Origin: Escherichia coli
GTDB lineage: Bacteria > Pseudomonadota > Gammaproteobacteria > Enterobacterales > Enterobacteriaceae
Length of the DNA: 64,000 nt
Strand: one strand, 5' to 3'
Assembly (NCBI RefSeq): GCF_045037415.1
Contig: NZ_CP173438.1
The notes below the pieces were generated by a model, which worked only from the letters and a program-made list of their open reading frames with translations, made no database searches and had not been told where the DNA came from. Shown here piece by piece: positions 37,743-48,464 of the stretch. Position 1 is the stretch's first letter, and each line of letters opens with the position of its first letter. The translations under genes were made by a program, and so were the position numbers.

Positions 37743-38912
37743 TTAATTCAGTAACGCAATGATGCGTTTCGCGGCATCATCCAGAGAATCGACGGCTTCC
37801 ACCGTCAGACCACTTTCTGCCAGTAACCGCTGCCCTTCGGCGGCGTTATTACCGGAGAGACGCACCACGACAGGCAGGGTGATGCTGGCCTCATTCAGAG
37901 CATGAATAATGGCTCTGGCGATCATGTCGCAACGGACAATCCCACCAAAAATATTAACCAGAATGGCTTTCACTTTGCTGTCGGAAACAATCAGCCGAAA
38001 GGCTTCACTGACGCGCTCCTGGGTTGCGCCACCGCCAACATCCAGGAAGTTTGCGGGTTGTTCACCGTATAGCTTGATGATGTCCATGGTTGCCATAGCC
38101 AGCCCTGCACCATTGACCATGCAGCCGATATTTCCGTCCAGCGAGACATAATTAAGATCAAGCTTCGCTGCCTGGCTTTCGCGTGGATCTTCCTGGGTTT
38201 CATCACGTAGCACCTGGAGTTCCGGGTGACGATACAGCGCGTTATCATCCAGCGATACTTTCGCGTCTGCACACATAAATTCGCCCGTTTCCCGCAACAC
38301 CAGAGGGTTAATTTCCAGCAGGGCAAAATCCAGTTCGTTAAAGGCTTTCCACGCCTGATTAACCAGGCGACTAAAGGCAGCAAATAGTCCGTGTTCCAGT
38401 TGCAGAACAGCAAACATTTCGCGGATATGGCAAGGCTGCACGCCTGTCAGTGGATCAATGCTGACACTGCTGATTTTCTCCGGTGTCTCATGGGCGACTT
38501 TTTCAATTTCCACACCACCTTCCGGGCTGACAATAAACGTGACCCGCTGGCTTTCACGATCCACCACCATGCCAAAATAGAGTTCCTGGCGTACCGGATA
38601 AATGTTTTCGCACAGTAAAATACTGCTGACATACTGTCCTTCTGGCCCGGTCTGATAAGTCACCAGTTGCGATCCCAACATTTGCTGTACAAAAGCCTGT
38701 GCTTCCGGCAGCTGCTTAAGCACTTTTACGCCGCCAGCTTTACCGCGCCCACCAGCATGTACCTGCGCTTTAAGTACCGCGCCTTTACTCGGGCAAGCAA
38801 TATGTTGCCAGGCATCTGCCAGTTGCGAAATCTGTTGGATAGCTATCTCTTTTGGACACGGCATCCCCATGCCAGCCAGTAACGATTTGGCCTGATACTC
38901 ATGTAAATTCAT
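37743..38912 (-). CDS. Succinyl-CoA synthetase beta subunit paralogue
   Basis: 389-aa ORF MNLHEYQAKSLLAGMGMP, ATP-grasp SucC-like. Confidence 0.88.
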   Translation of the reverse strand: MNLHEYQAKSLLAGMGMPCPKEIAIQQISQLADAWQHIACPSKGAVLKAQVHAGGRGKAGGVKVLKQLPEAQAFVQQMLGSQLVTYQTGPEGQYVSSILLCENIYPVRQELYFGMVVDRESQRVTFIVSPEGGVEIEKVAHETPEKISSVSIDPLTGVQPCHIREMFAVLQLEHGLFAAFSRLVNQAWKAFNELDFALLEINPLVLRETGEFMCADAKVSLDDNALYRHPELQVLRDETQEDPRESQAAKLDLNYVSLDGNIGCMVNGAGLAMATMDIIKLYGEQPANFLDVGGGATQERVSEAFRLIVSDSKVKAILVNIFGGIVRCDMIARAIIHALNEASITLPVVVRLSGNNAAEGQRLLAESGLTVEAVDSLDDAAKRIIALLN

Positions 38913-38933
38913 ATATTCCCTCAGTGGTGTGTG

Positions 38934-40352
38934 TTATCCGTGTAATGCTTTATTATTCAAGGCCATTGCTGCTTCGTGGATGACTTCGCTTAATGTCGGA
39001 TGCGCATGGATCGCACAGGCAATATCCTCGCCAGAGGCGCTAAAAGTCATCGCCAGCGCAATTTCATTAATCAGCTCCGATGCCTGCGGGCCAACAATCG
39101 CTCCGCCAAGTACGCGGTCAGTGTGTTTATCACTGTATAACGTGCAACGCCCACCTTCCTGGCCTAATGCTAAGGCGCGACCGTTACCGGCAAACAGAGA
39201 ATTTCCTTTGTTAAAGACTCTGCCAGCGGCTTTCAGTGAGGCCTCGTTTTCCCCTACCCACGCAACTTCCGGTTGGGTGTAAATCACCGAAGGGATCAGC
39301 GCAAAATTAATCGGCTCTACCACCAGTCCGGCAATTTGATCAGCCACCACTACACCTTCAGCCATCGCTTTATGCGCCAGCATCGGCCCTCGCACGACAT
39401 CACCAATTGCCCACAGCCCGGCTTTCCCGGTACGGCATAAGTTATCGACGGCAATACCGCCACGGTTATCGGCTTCAAGACCGAGTTGCACGAGATCGAC
39501 ACCAGAAAGTCGCGGTACACGTCCAATGGCAAGAATTAATTTATCGAAGCGGCTTTCTTCTCGCTTCTCACCCTGCCGCCAGCGCACATGCACACCGTCA
39601 TCCCGTTGTTCAATAGCCTCAATCTCTACTGCCAGTTGCATTTTCATCCCACTGGCAATCATTGCTTTACGGACTTCGTTCGACAGGCGAGCTTCCAGTG
39701 CAGGCAAGAACGTTGGCGCCATCTCCAGCAACGTGACGTCTGAACCAACCCGATTCCACACAGACCCCAGTTCAAGGCCAATCACGCCAGCGCCGATCAC
39801 ACCGAGACGCGGCGGCACTTCGCTCAATGCCAGGGCGCCACGATTGTCGAGGATCTGTTGATTATCAATGGTAACGCCAGGCAGCTGACGCGGCTGAGAA
39901 CCTGTTGCAATCACTACATTACGGGCGTGAAGGTGTTGATCGTTTACACGTAATTGCCAAATCTCATCCTGAGCACATTCTAACGTTGCGAGGCCGCACA
40001 GGTGCTTCACTTTATTTTTCTTAAACAGCAAGCTGATGCCCATTGTCAGGCGGCTTACTATGGCGTCTTTACGTTGAATCATCGCAGCTGCATTGAAAGA
40101 TACGCCGTCAACATTAACGCCATGAATGCTCGCCTCATGCTGCACTTGCGCGTACAGTTCGGAAGATTGCAGCAACGATTTTGACGGAATACAGCCGACA
40201 TTGAGACACGTACCGCCCGGCGAAGGTTCGCCCTGTGCATTAACACCATCATCAATACATACTACGGAAAGCCCATTCTGCGCAGCCCGCAGTGCCGCTA
40301 CGTAACCACCTGGCCCCCCCCCCATAACTGCCACATCAAAAATTGTACTCAT
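38934..40352 (-). CDS. Dihydrolipoyl dehydrogenase (E3) paralogue
   Basis: 472-aa ORF with FAD fold GGGPGGYVAA and redox-active disulfide GGTCLNVGCIPSK. Confidence 0.88.
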   Translation of the reverse strand: MSTIFDVAVMGGGPGGYVAALRAAQNGLSVVCIDDGVNAQGEPSPGGTCLNVGCIPSKSLLQSSELYAQVQHEASIHGVNVDGVSFNAAAMIQRKDAIVSRLTMGISLLFKKNKVKHLCGLATLECAQDEIWQLRVNDQHLHARNVVIATGSQPRQLPGVTIDNQQILDNRGALALSEVPPRLGVIGAGVIGLELGSVWNRVGSDVTLLEMAPTFLPALEARLSNEVRKAMIASGMKMQLAVEIEAIEQRDDGVHVRWRQGEKREESRFDKLILAIGRVPRLSGVDLVQLGLEADNRGGIAVDNLCRTGKAGLWAIGDVVRGPMLAHKAMAEGVVVADQIAGLVVEPINFALIPSVIYTQPEVAWVGENEASLKAAGRVFNKGNSLFAGNGRALALGQEGGRCTLYSDKHTDRVLGGAIVGPQASELINEIALAMTFSASGEDIACAIHAHPTLSEVIHEAAMALNNKALHG

Positions 40353-40363
40353 CGGCGCCCTCC

Positions 40364-41518
40364 TTAAAGATCCAGCAACAGTTGTTCCGGTGATTCCAGT
40401 AGCTCACGTATTGCCACCAATGTATGCACGGCTTCCTGACCATCGATAATGCGATGGTCATAGCTGAGAGCAAGGTACATCATGGGACGAATAACAACCT
40501 GACCGTTTTCTGCGACCGGGCGCGGCGTGATGGCATGCATCCCAAGAATGGCCGACTGCGGCGGGTTAATGATTGGCGTTGACATCATCGAACCAAAAGT
40601 ACCGCCGTTGGTGATAGAGAACGTGCCGCCCTGTAACGCCTCCAGCGGCAATTTGCCATTGCGTGCCTGTGTGGCGTATTCGGCAATTTGCCGTTCAATT
40701 TCCACCAAAGAGAGTGATTGCGCATTGCGTAACACAGGCACTACCAGGCCGCGGTTGCTGCTCACTGCAATGCCGATATCGCAATAATCACGCCAGATAA
40801 TCTCGTTGCCATCGACGCTGGCATTCACTACAGGGAAGCGCTCCAGCGCCCGGGTAACGGCCTTAACAAAGAAGGACATAAAGCCCAGCTTCACGCCGTG
40901 CTTCTCGGCAAAACGATCTTTCCAGCGGGCGCGTAAGTCCATCACGCTCTGCATGTTTACTTCGTTGAATGTGGTAAGAATGGCGTTATTTTGTTGGGAA
41001 GCCAGCAGACGCTCAGCAATTCGCTGACGTAAGCGCGACATCGGCTCACGACGTTCCTGACGAGCACCCGGTGTCAAGGGTTTAGCTGGCGCGATCTCCG
41101 CCACCCGTTCAGGCTGAATGGCTGGTGCAGGAGTAACGCGCTGCACATCCTCTTTCAGGATACGTCCATTTCTCCCGCTCCCCGCAACGTCAGCAAGTTC
41201 GACACCACTACGCTGTGCCTCCAGCCGTGCGGAAGGCATCGCCAGGGTTTCGGTGACTGGTGTGACGGTTTCTTCTATGACAGCTTGCGGCTTAAGATGC
41301 GCCAACAGTTGCGCGGACGTGACCGTGCTACCTTCGCTGACGATAATATTGCTTAACACGCCATCGTGCGGGGCCGGTATTTCCAGAATGACTTTATCGG
41401 TTTCCAGCTCGGCAATCACATCATCGCGTTTTACGTGCTCGCCTTCTTGTTTACACCAGGTTGTCAGCGTGCCTTCCGTGACAGATTCCGGTAATACAGG
41501 GACAGTAATTTCGATCAT
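40364..41518 (-). CDS. Dihydrolipoamide succinyltransferase (E2) paralogue
   Basis: 384-aa ORF with N-terminal lipoyl domain (ETDKV lipoyl-lysine motif) and C-terminal catalytic motif DHRIIDG. Confidence 0.88.
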   Translation of the reverse strand: MIEITVPVLPESVTEGTLTTWCKQEGEHVKRDDVIAELETDKVILEIPAPHDGVLSNIIVSEGSTVTSAQLLAHLKPQAVIEETVTPVTETLAMPSARLEAQRSGVELADVAGSGRNGRILKEDVQRVTPAPAIQPERVAEIAPAKPLTPGARQERREPMSRLRQRIAERLLASQQNNAILTTFNEVNMQSVMDLRARWKDRFAEKHGVKLGFMSFFVKAVTRALERFPVVNASVDGNEIIWRDYCDIGIAVSSNRGLVVPVLRNAQSLSLVEIERQIAEYATQARNGKLPLEALQGGTFSITNGGTFGSMMSTPIINPPQSAILGMHAITPRPVAENGQVVIRPMMYLALSYDHRIIDGQEAVHTLVAIRELLESPEQLLLDL

Positions 41519-41550
41519 AAAATGTTCTCCTTATTATTTTTGTGCGCCTT

Positions 41551-44295
41551 TCATGGCTGAATATCTGCAAACGCAGCAGCAAGAAATTCGTCGATTTGTT
41601 GTTTATGTACACGCCCATACCCTGTCGCTGGTGCTGCCGCTGCCGGGCGGCCTGCATACTGCCAGTAAGGAGTGTTAATTTTCAGTGCCGCCAGCTCATG
41701 ACGAATCTGCCGCCACGCGCCCTGGTTTTCTGGCTCTTCCTGCAACCAAATCCATTCGCAGCAGTTCGGCCAACTCGCCAGAACATCATTCAGTTCTGCG
41801 ACCGGGAACGGGTAGAGTTGCTCCAGGCGAACAATCGCTACCTCGTCTTCATGCTCACGCTGCTTACGGGCTTCCAGTACGTCGTAATAGACCTGGCCGC
41901 TACACAAAATAACGCGCTTAACTTTCTGGGACTGATGCAATTGCGGATCGGTGATTACCGGTTTATAAGCGTCATCAGTGAATTCACAAAGCTCGCTCAT
42001 CGCGCCTTTAAACCGAAGTAAACGCTTACTCATCATTATCACTAACGGTTTGCGCATTGGGCGTAATGCCTGACCGCGCAACAAATGGAACATTTGTGCT
42101 GACTCACTGGGCATCACCACCTGCATGTTGTTTTCTGCGCACAGTTGCAGCCAGCGCTCAGGACGTGCGGAAGAGTGCTCCGGCCCTTGTCCGTCATAGC
42201 CATGCGGCAGAAGAATGGTTAAACCGCTATAGCGATCCCACTTGGTTTCGCCAGACGAGATAAATTGGTCAATAGCAACCTGAGCGCCGTTGGCAAAGTC
42301 ACCAAACTGTGCTTCCCAAATAACCAGTTGCTGAGGCGCAGACGTTGAATAGCCATATTCAAAGGCTAAGAGCGCTTCTTCATTAAGCACCGAATCATAA
42401 ACATCGAAAGATGCCTGACCAGCGCGGATATGCTGTAACGGCAGATAACGACGGGCTTCCGTTTGATGATGTACCACTGCATGGCGATGACTGAACGTGC
42501 CACGCCCTGAGTCTTCACCAGAAAGACGCACACCAACACCCGCATCCACAAGCGATGCATAGGCCAGCATTTCAGCCATTCCCCAGTCTACTGGCTGAGT
42601 ACCTGCGGCCATATCCTGGCGTAACGCCAGTTGCCGTTTAATGGTAGGATGTGCGACCACATCGGGTGGCAGTGTAGAAATGATTTCACCATACGCTGCC
42701 AGCTTTTGCCGAGGCAATGCCGTAGATACCGGGGCGCTCCAGTGAGGGTTGGTCAACCCATACCAGTTAGCGCTAAAAGAGTGAATTGCAGGTTTGAGAG
42801 GCTGCGGTTCACGTTTCTGGCAGCTATCCAGCCAGTCGCGATAGCGTGCCGTCATCTCATCTTGTTGCGCCTGAGTTAACAGGCCGCGGCGGGCAAGAGA
42901 TTCACCATAACGGGCGAGCGTACCAGGGTGAGCATCCACTGCCTGATACATTTGTGGCTGGGTAAGACGTGGCTCATCGCTTTCGTTGTGTCCGTGCTTA
43001 CGGAAGCAGCAAATATCGATGATGATGTCACGCCGGAAGGTGTCTCGCCATTCGCACGCCAGTTCCATTACCTGGCAAACAGCGTCAACGTCATCGCCAT
43101 TAACGTGGATAATTGGGGCCGCTACCATTTTGGCAATATCGGTGCAGTACCGTGAAGAACGCATATCCTGCAAGCGGGAAGTGGTGAAGCCAATCTGATT
43201 GTTAATCACCAGATGTAGCGTACCGCCAGTGCCGTAGCCCTGAGTCTGCGATAAGTTAAACGTGGTTTGGTTGACGCCGAGGCCGCCCAACGCGGAATCC
43301 CCATGAATAAGTACGCCCACCACTTTTGCCTGACCATCCTCACCACGGCGTTCCTGCCTGGCTCGCACCTGGCCCAGCACCACCGGATTCACGATCTCCA
43401 GATGTGAGGGGTTATACGCCAGCGCCACATGCAGCGAACCGGCAGGTGTTTCCAGATTGCTGGAATACCCCATGTGGTATTTCACATCGCCTGAACCACT
43501 GCCGATCGTCTGCTTGCCTTCAAACTCAGCAAAAAGCTGTGCCGGGTCTTTATTCAACAGATTAACCAGAACATTAAGTCTTCCCCGGTGCGCCATGCCA
43601 ATGACCATTTCCTCCACACCTTGCGCACGCAGGCGTTTTGTCAGCGTATCGAGCGCCGGGATTGCACTTTCGCCCCCTTCCAGAGAAAACCGTTTCTGCC
43701 CAACATAACGGGTATGCAGATAACGCTCTAACGTCTCTGCCGCCATCAGTTTTTCAAAACGAGCAATACAGGTTTGGGCATCAGCTTGTGGCGCATTGCT
43801 GCTCTCAATCCGTGATAACAACCAGTTGATTTCTTCACGATTTTCCAGATGAGCAAGTTCATAAGCCTGGCTACTGGCCCAGGCTTGCTCCAGCAGGTTA
43901 AGCAGTTGCTTAAGTGGCATTTGCGTGGTGTGTGCGCCAAAGGTGACGCTAAACTCCTGCAACAAGTCTTCTTCGCTTAATCCCCAAAAACCAGGCTGGA
44001 GGGAGGGAACGTCAGCCGGGGGATTCAAACCAAGTGGATCAAGCTTTGCGCGCAGATGCCCCTGCGTGCGCCAGGCATTGATCAGTTGTATTACCGCAGC
44101 CTGTTTTTTTAAGGTCGCACCGCTGATATTGTTATCACCGGATACGCTTTGGACAGTCAGTTCAGGTGAAAGAAAAAAACGCCGCCAGTCTTCCGGGAGT
44201 TGTTCCGGCGTACGCAACCAGGTCTGGTAGTACTCTTCAAGCCAGGTCGCGTTATCTCCACTAAGCAGCGTGCCGGGCGAGGTCATGTTCTCCAT
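41551..44295 (-). CDS. 2-Oxoglutarate dehydrogenase E1 component paralogue
   Basis: Long ORF with E1o/TPP-binding similarity; start placed at ATG 44295 (MENMTSPG, SD AGGAG 6 nt upstream) rather than the ORF-track start 44418. Confidence 0.85.
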   Translation of the reverse strand: MENMTSPGTLLSGDNATWLEEYYQTWLRTPEQLPEDWRRFFLSPELTVQSVSGDNNISGATLKKQAAVIQLINAWRTQGHLRAKLDPLGLNPPADVPSLQPGFWGLSEEDLLQEFSVTFGAHTTQMPLKQLLNLLEQAWASSQAYELAHLENREEINWLLSRIESSNAPQADAQTCIARFEKLMAAETLERYLHTRYVGQKRFSLEGGESAIPALDTLTKRLRAQGVEEMVIGMAHRGRLNVLVNLLNKDPAQLFAEFEGKQTIGSGSGDVKYHMGYSSNLETPAGSLHVALAYNPSHLEIVNPVVLGQVRARQERRGEDGQAKVVGVLIHGDSALGGLGVNQTTFNLSQTQGYGTGGTLHLVINNQIGFTTSRLQDMRSSRYCTDIAKMVAAPIIHVNGDDVDAVCQVMELACEWRDTFRRDIIIDICCFRKHGHNESDEPRLTQPQMYQAVDAHPGTLARYGESLARRGLLTQAQQDEMTARYRDWLDSCQKREPQPLKPAIHSFSANWYGLTNPHWSAPVSTALPRQKLAAYGEIISTLPPDVVAHPTIKRQLALRQDMAAGTQPVDWGMAEMLAYASLVDAGVGVRLSGEDSGRGTFSHRHAVVHHQTEARRYLPLQHIRAGQASFDVYDSVLNEEALLAFEYGYSTSAPQQLVIWEAQFGDFANGAQVAIDQFISSGETKWDRYSGLTILLPHGYDGQGPEHSSARPERWLQLCAENNMQVVMPSESAQMFHLLRGQALRPMRKPLVIMMSKRLLRFKGAMSELCEFTDDAYKPVITDPQLHQSQKVKRVILCSGQVYYDVLEARKQREHEDEVAIVRLEQLYPFPVAELNDVLASWPNCCEWIWLQEEPENQGAWRQIRHELAALKINTPYWQYAGRPAAAAPATGYGRVHKQQIDEFLAAAFADIQP

Positions 44296-44330
44296 GTTTT
44301 TCTCCTGATGGTCATAGACAGCTGCATTAC

Positions 44331-44346
44331 TGCACAATCCGTACCA
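44331..44346 (-). promoter_or_regulatory. Candidate sigma-54 (-24/-12) promoter for the 2-oxoglutarate dehydrogenase / succinyl-CoA synthetase operon
   Basis: Minus strand reads TGGTAC-GGATT-GTGCA with GG-N10-GC spacing, ~36 bp upstream of the proposed E1 start. Confidence 0.45.
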
Positions 44347-44476
44347 ACAGTTAAAAACACTAATTTTCAAAAACTTATAGAAAAGAGATGATGTAAAAGT
44401 GGGCGAAAAAAGGGACAAAATAGTAGGGAGTGGCTGGAGTCAGGAACAGGCGGAGAGATCCGCCTGTTGATTAAAA

Positions 44477-45670
44477 TCACATCACCGCAGCAAACGCCTT
44501 TGCCACGCGATGCACATTTTGCGTGTTAAGCCCGGCGACACACATGCGACCGCTGGCGATGAGATAGACACCAAATTCTTCACGTAGTTGGTCAACCTGA
44601 GCGGCACTTAAACCGGTATAACTGAACATGCCGCGCTGATTAAGCAGATAATCGAAATTGCGTTCTGGCATCTCTGTGCTCAATACCTTCACCAGTTCCT
44701 GACGCATTGCCAGAATGCGAGTTCGCATCTCTTCTACTTCCACCAGCCAGCTGGCTTTCAATGCCTCGTCATTCAGCACCGCAGCCACCACCTGCGCACC
44801 AAAATTCGGCGGGCTGGAGTAGTTGCGGCGAACAGTTGCTTTCAATTGCCCCAGTACGCGGCCTGCGGCTTCGGCATCTTCACACAGAACAGAAAGTCCG
44901 CCGACGCGCTCGCCGTAAAGGGAGAAAATTTTCGAGAACGAATTGCTCACCAGAGCGGGTAATCCAGCGCTGGCAATGGCGCGAATGGCGTAGGCATCCT
45001 CTTCCATACCGGCACCAAATCCTTGATAGGCAATATCAAGAAATGGGATAAGCTCACGGGCTTTGAGAATTTCAATCACCGCATCCCACTGCTCATTAGT
45101 GAGATCGGCACCCGTTGGGTTGTGGCAACATGGATGCAGCAACACAATACTGCGGGCAGGTAATGTTTTCAGCGTCGCCAACAGGTCATTAAAGCGCACG
45201 CCGTTAGTCGCTTCGTCATACCAGGGGTAAGTACTTACTTCGAATCCAGCCCCGGCGAATATTGCTACGTGGTTTTCCCAGGTAGGATCGCTGACCCAGA
45301 CGCTTGATTCCGGGAAGTAGCGTTTCAGGAAATCTGCGCCCACTTTCAATGCCCCTGAGCCGCCAAGGGTTTGAATGGTTGCTACGCGCTGTTGTTGCAG
45401 TACCGGATGGTCCGCACCAAACAGCAGCGGCGCAATGGCATGGCGATAGCTGTTAAGCCCTTCCATCGGTAAATAAAGCGAAGCACCATGAGGCTGCGCA
45501 TTCAGGCGCGCTTCCGCATCCGCCACGGCTTTCAGTTGTGGAATAATTCCGTCTTCGTTGTAGTACAGACCGATACTTAAATTCACTTTGTCGCTGCGAG
45601 GGTCTTCTTTAAAACGCTCCATAAGCGTAAGAATCGGGTCGCCAGCGTAGGCGTCAACTTTTTGAAACAC
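44477..45670 (-). CDS. tyrB: Aromatic-amino-acid aminotransferase
   Basis: 397-aa protein from GTG at 45670 ([36 protein letters not shown]). Confidence 0.95.
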   Translation of the reverse strand: MFQKVDAYAGDPILTLMERFKEDPRSDKVNLSIGLYYNEDGIIPQLKAVADAEARLNAQPHGASLYLPMEGLNSYRHAIAPLLFGADHPVLQQQRVATIQTLGGSGALKVGADFLKRYFPESSVWVSDPTWENHVAIFAGAGFEVSTYPWYDEATNGVRFNDLLATLKTLPARSIVLLHPCCHNPTGADLTNEQWDAVIEILKARELIPFLDIAYQGFGAGMEEDAYAIRAIASAGLPALVSNSFSKIFSLYGERVGGLSVLCEDAEAAGRVLGQLKATVRRNYSSPPNFGAQVVAAVLNDEALKASWLVEVEEMRTRILAMRQELVKVLSTEMPERNFDYLLNQRGMFSYTGLSAAQVDQLREEFGVYLIASGRMCVAGLNTQNVHRVAKAFAAVM

Positions 45671-45751
45671 GCGATGGTTCTCCAGGTTTACGGGCAGGTG
45701 GTTAAACCACAATAAACCGGAAGAAGGCGAAGATCGAGAGGATGTTCAAAG

Positions 45752-46780
45752 TCAGTCGGGAAGTTGGCGAAGAATTTGCTCCACTCGCTCTTGCAGTGGC
45801 CCCGAAACCGAAAGATAAGGAATGTTCCTGCGCGACAATTCCTGTTCATACCACACCTGTTGCCGTGCGCGAAATACCTCTCCTTGCCGGGTGCCATCCT
45901 GCACGAAGGGAAATTCTGCGCCGCAAAGCACTACCAGAGAGTATTCCCGCTCCGCCAGTTGGTGAAGTTCTTGCGGAGCATGACCATATTGATCAAGGGC
46001 ATAGAATAAGGTCGTGAGTGGCGACGTGTCACATATAAGATAGTGATTAGCTTCTGCTTGTTGTTCCCGGCGTACCTGTTCGCAGGCGATATGCAACAAA
46101 TCATCCGCAGTTAAGATACCGTTTTTTTCTTCCCAATAGTCGCGGCCAAATTCAGCGACATACACCGTATCAAGCACGCCCGCCAGCGCTTTTGAAAGCG
46201 TGCTTTTACCGGTAGATTCGCCACCAAGCAGACAGATACGGCGAACGAAACTGTAATAAACATCATTCGCCAACATGTAGCGATAGCGGTGAACATCGGA
46301 ACGAATAAGCGTTCCCGAAGGCGCTTCATCGCCAACTGGGCGCGCCATTCGAACGTGTTCAACGGGTTGGGCAAAACGCCGCGCCAGCACGTTAGCAAAG
46401 CCATCGCCATAGTCTTCTGCAGTAAATACAGCGTGTGGGCGGCAACGTAATATCTGCAAGCATAGCGTCGCCACATAATGACGGTGGATGTCGGCATCAG
46501 CATTGTTATGCGGGATAGCAGGTAAGTTATAACGCGCAACAAGCTCTGGCGTCAGTACCAAAAACGTCGCTTGCGGGAAGCGCACTTGCAGCCACGTCAG
46601 GCGCTTTTCAGGTTCACAGTCAGGCATTTCCGGCACGGAATAACTGATGATGAACAGTTCTTCACATTGCGCCAGTGCGGTATTGATCAACTTTTCATGA
46701 CCACAATGCAAAGGCGCGAATTTACCAACCACCAGACCCGTTGCAAAAGGCTTCATGATGTTTGCAACTCTTTGCGCCAT
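45752..46780 (-). CDS. NadR-like bifunctional NMN adenylyltransferase / ribosylnicotinamide kinase (no N-terminal HTH)
   Basis: Nucleotidyltransferase motif GKFAPLHCGHEKLI near N-terminus and P-loop GGESTGKSTL in the C-terminal half; alternative coupled start at 46756 (ATGA overlap with pnuC-like stop). Confidence 0.7.
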   Translation of the reverse strand: MAQRVANIMKPFATGLVVGKFAPLHCGHEKLINTALAQCEELFIISYSVPEMPDCEPEKRLTWLQVRFPQATFLVLTPELVARYNLPAIPHNNADADIHRHYVATLCLQILRCRPHAVFTAEDYGDGFANVLARRFAQPVEHVRMARPVGDEAPSGTLIRSDVHRYRYMLANDVYYSFVRRICLLGGESTGKSTLSKALAGVLDTVYVAEFGRDYWEEKNGILTADDLLHIACEQVRREQQAEANHYLICDTSPLTTLFYALDQYGHAPQELHQLAEREYSLVVLCGAEFPFVQDGTRQGEVFRARQQVWYEQELSRRNIPYLSVSGPLQERVEQILRQLPD

Positions 46781-47310
46781 TGATACAAACCATACCAGGC
46801 GTTAATCCAGAACAGGAAATATAAGCCAGCGGTCAGGTTTAAACCGCGCGTCATATACAGTGGCACCGCCAGGGTATTCACCGCTAACCAGACGTACCAG
46901 TTTTCGATACGTCTTCCCATCAACATGAATTGTGCCAGAACGCTGAAGGTCAAAATCAACGAATCCAGCCAGGGTGCCCAAGCATTGGTAAAGGTGTGGA
47001 GTAAAAAGCCGTAACCGCCTGCCACGACGACAGCACAGAGCAACAAAAGGAAAAAGTGACTGGCTTGCGTTCGGCGCACCGGCAAGATGTCGCCACCCTG
47101 ACCTTTCAGCCAGTGGATCCAGCCAGTGATGCTGGTCACGATGAAGAATAACTGGAGCGTAACGTCGGCATAGAGTTGCACGGACCAAAAAACCCAGCCG
47201 TACAATATGCTGCCAATTATGCCGATCCACCATGTATGCACATTGTTTCTGGCAGCCAGCCAGACGGAAACCGCGTATGCCAGACACGCGGCGATTTCTG
47301 AATAAGACAT
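46753..47310 (-). CDS. PnuC-family nicotinamide riboside transporter
   Basis: 185-aa polytopic ORF with tryptophan-rich PnuC-like segments; directly upstream of and overlapping the NadR-like gene. Confidence 0.7.
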   Translation of the reverse strand: MSYSEIAACLAYAVSVWLAARNNVHTWWIGIIGSILYGWVFWSVQLYADVTLQLFFIVTSITGWIHWLKGQGGDILPVRRTQASHFFLLLLCAVVVAGGYGFLLHTFTNAWAPWLDSLILTFSVLAQFMLMGRRIENWYVWLAVNTLAVPLYMTRGLNLTAGLYFLFWINAWYGLYQWRKELQTS

Positions 47311-47332
47311 TGTCCCTCCCTGGAGACGAATA

Positions 47333-48412
47333 TTAATCCACGTATTTCATCGCGACTCTTGAAGTCAGGCGCGTAATAAGTTCGTAAGCACTTACCTTCG
47401 TCATTTCAGCGATACGTTCTACGGGCAAACCTTCGCCCCATAAAATGACCGGGGCCCCGGCTTTATCCTGCGCCTGTGGACCTAAGTCTACGCAGATCAT
47501 ATCCATCGCCACGCGCCCGACAATCGGCACTTCGCGACCGTTCACCAGCACTGGCGTACCGGACGGCGCGGCGCGCGGATAACCATCGCCATAGCCCATC
47601 GCGACTACGCCAAGACGAGTATCACGTTCGCTTACCCAGGTTCCACCATAACCGACAGGCTCTCCGGCTTTATGCTCACGCACGGCAATCAGGCTGGAGG
47701 TTAGCGACATCACTGGCTGACAGCCAAAATCGGCACCGGTGGAGCGATCTTCCAGCGGAGATACGCCGTAAAGAATGATGCCCGGGCGCACCCAGTCAAA
47801 ATGCGACTGTGGCCAGAGTAAAATGCCACCCGACGCGGCAATGGAACGTTGACCAGGCTTGCCTTCGCAAAAGGTATTAAAGATAGCGAGTTGCTTCTCG
47901 GTTGCGCCACATTTTGGTTCATCCGCGCGCGCAAAATGGCTGACGATATTCACCGGCTGACGAACGTTTTTGCACTGGGTCAGACGATGATAAAACGCCT
48001 CAGCCTGTTCCGGCCTTACGCCCAGACGGTGCATACCGGTATCGAGTTTCATCCAGACGGTAACCGGCTCGTCCAGGTTAGCCTCTTCCAGCGCAGCAAG
48101 CTGTTCTTCGTTATGCACGGCGGTATGAAAATGTTGCGCAGAAATCGTCGGTAGATCTCTGGCATCAAAAAAGCCTTCGAGTAAAAGTACAGGTTTGGTG
48201 ATTCCCCCCGCACGCAGTCGCAGAGCTTCTTCGAGACGGGCTACGCCAAAGGCGTCAGCATCGGGGAGCGTTCGCGCGGTCTCAAGAAGACCGTGACCAT
48301 AAGCGTTCGCTTTCACCACCGCAACCATTTTACTGGCAGGTGCCAGTTCACGAAGACGTTGCAGGTTGTGTCGCAGAGCGCGGCGGTTAATCACAACAGT
48401 TGCCGCTTGCAT
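47333..48412 (-). CDS. alr: Alanine racemase (biosynthetic)
   Basis: 359-aa [44 protein letters not shown] with PLP-lysine motif. Confidence 0.95.
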   Translation of the reverse strand: MQAATVVINRRALRHNLQRLRELAPASKMVAVVKANAYGHGLLETARTLPDADAFGVARLEEALRLRAGGITKPVLLLEGFFDARDLPTISAQHFHTAVHNEEQLAALEEANLDEPVTVWMKLDTGMHRLGVRPEQAEAFYHRLTQCKNVRQPVNIVSHFARADEPKCGATEKQLAIFNTFCEGKPGQRSIAASGGILLWPQSHFDWVRPGIILYGVSPLEDRSTGADFGCQPVMSLTSSLIAVREHKAGEPVGYGGTWVSERDTRLGVVAMGYGDGYPRAAPSGTPVLVNGREVPIVGRVAMDMICVDLGPQAQDKAGAPVILWGEGLPVERIAEMTKVSAYELITRLTSRVAMKYVD

Positions 48413-48464
48413 TTGTGTTCCTTGATAAGTGTTTGCTTTAATTACCTAATTCATAAAATAATTA

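Noticed and set aside
41551-44418. 955-aa version of the island E1 gene starting at 44418
   Set aside because: The upstream 41 codons lack an SD and overlap the candidate sigma-54 promoter; the ATG at 44295 has a good SD and gives a length closer to SucA.
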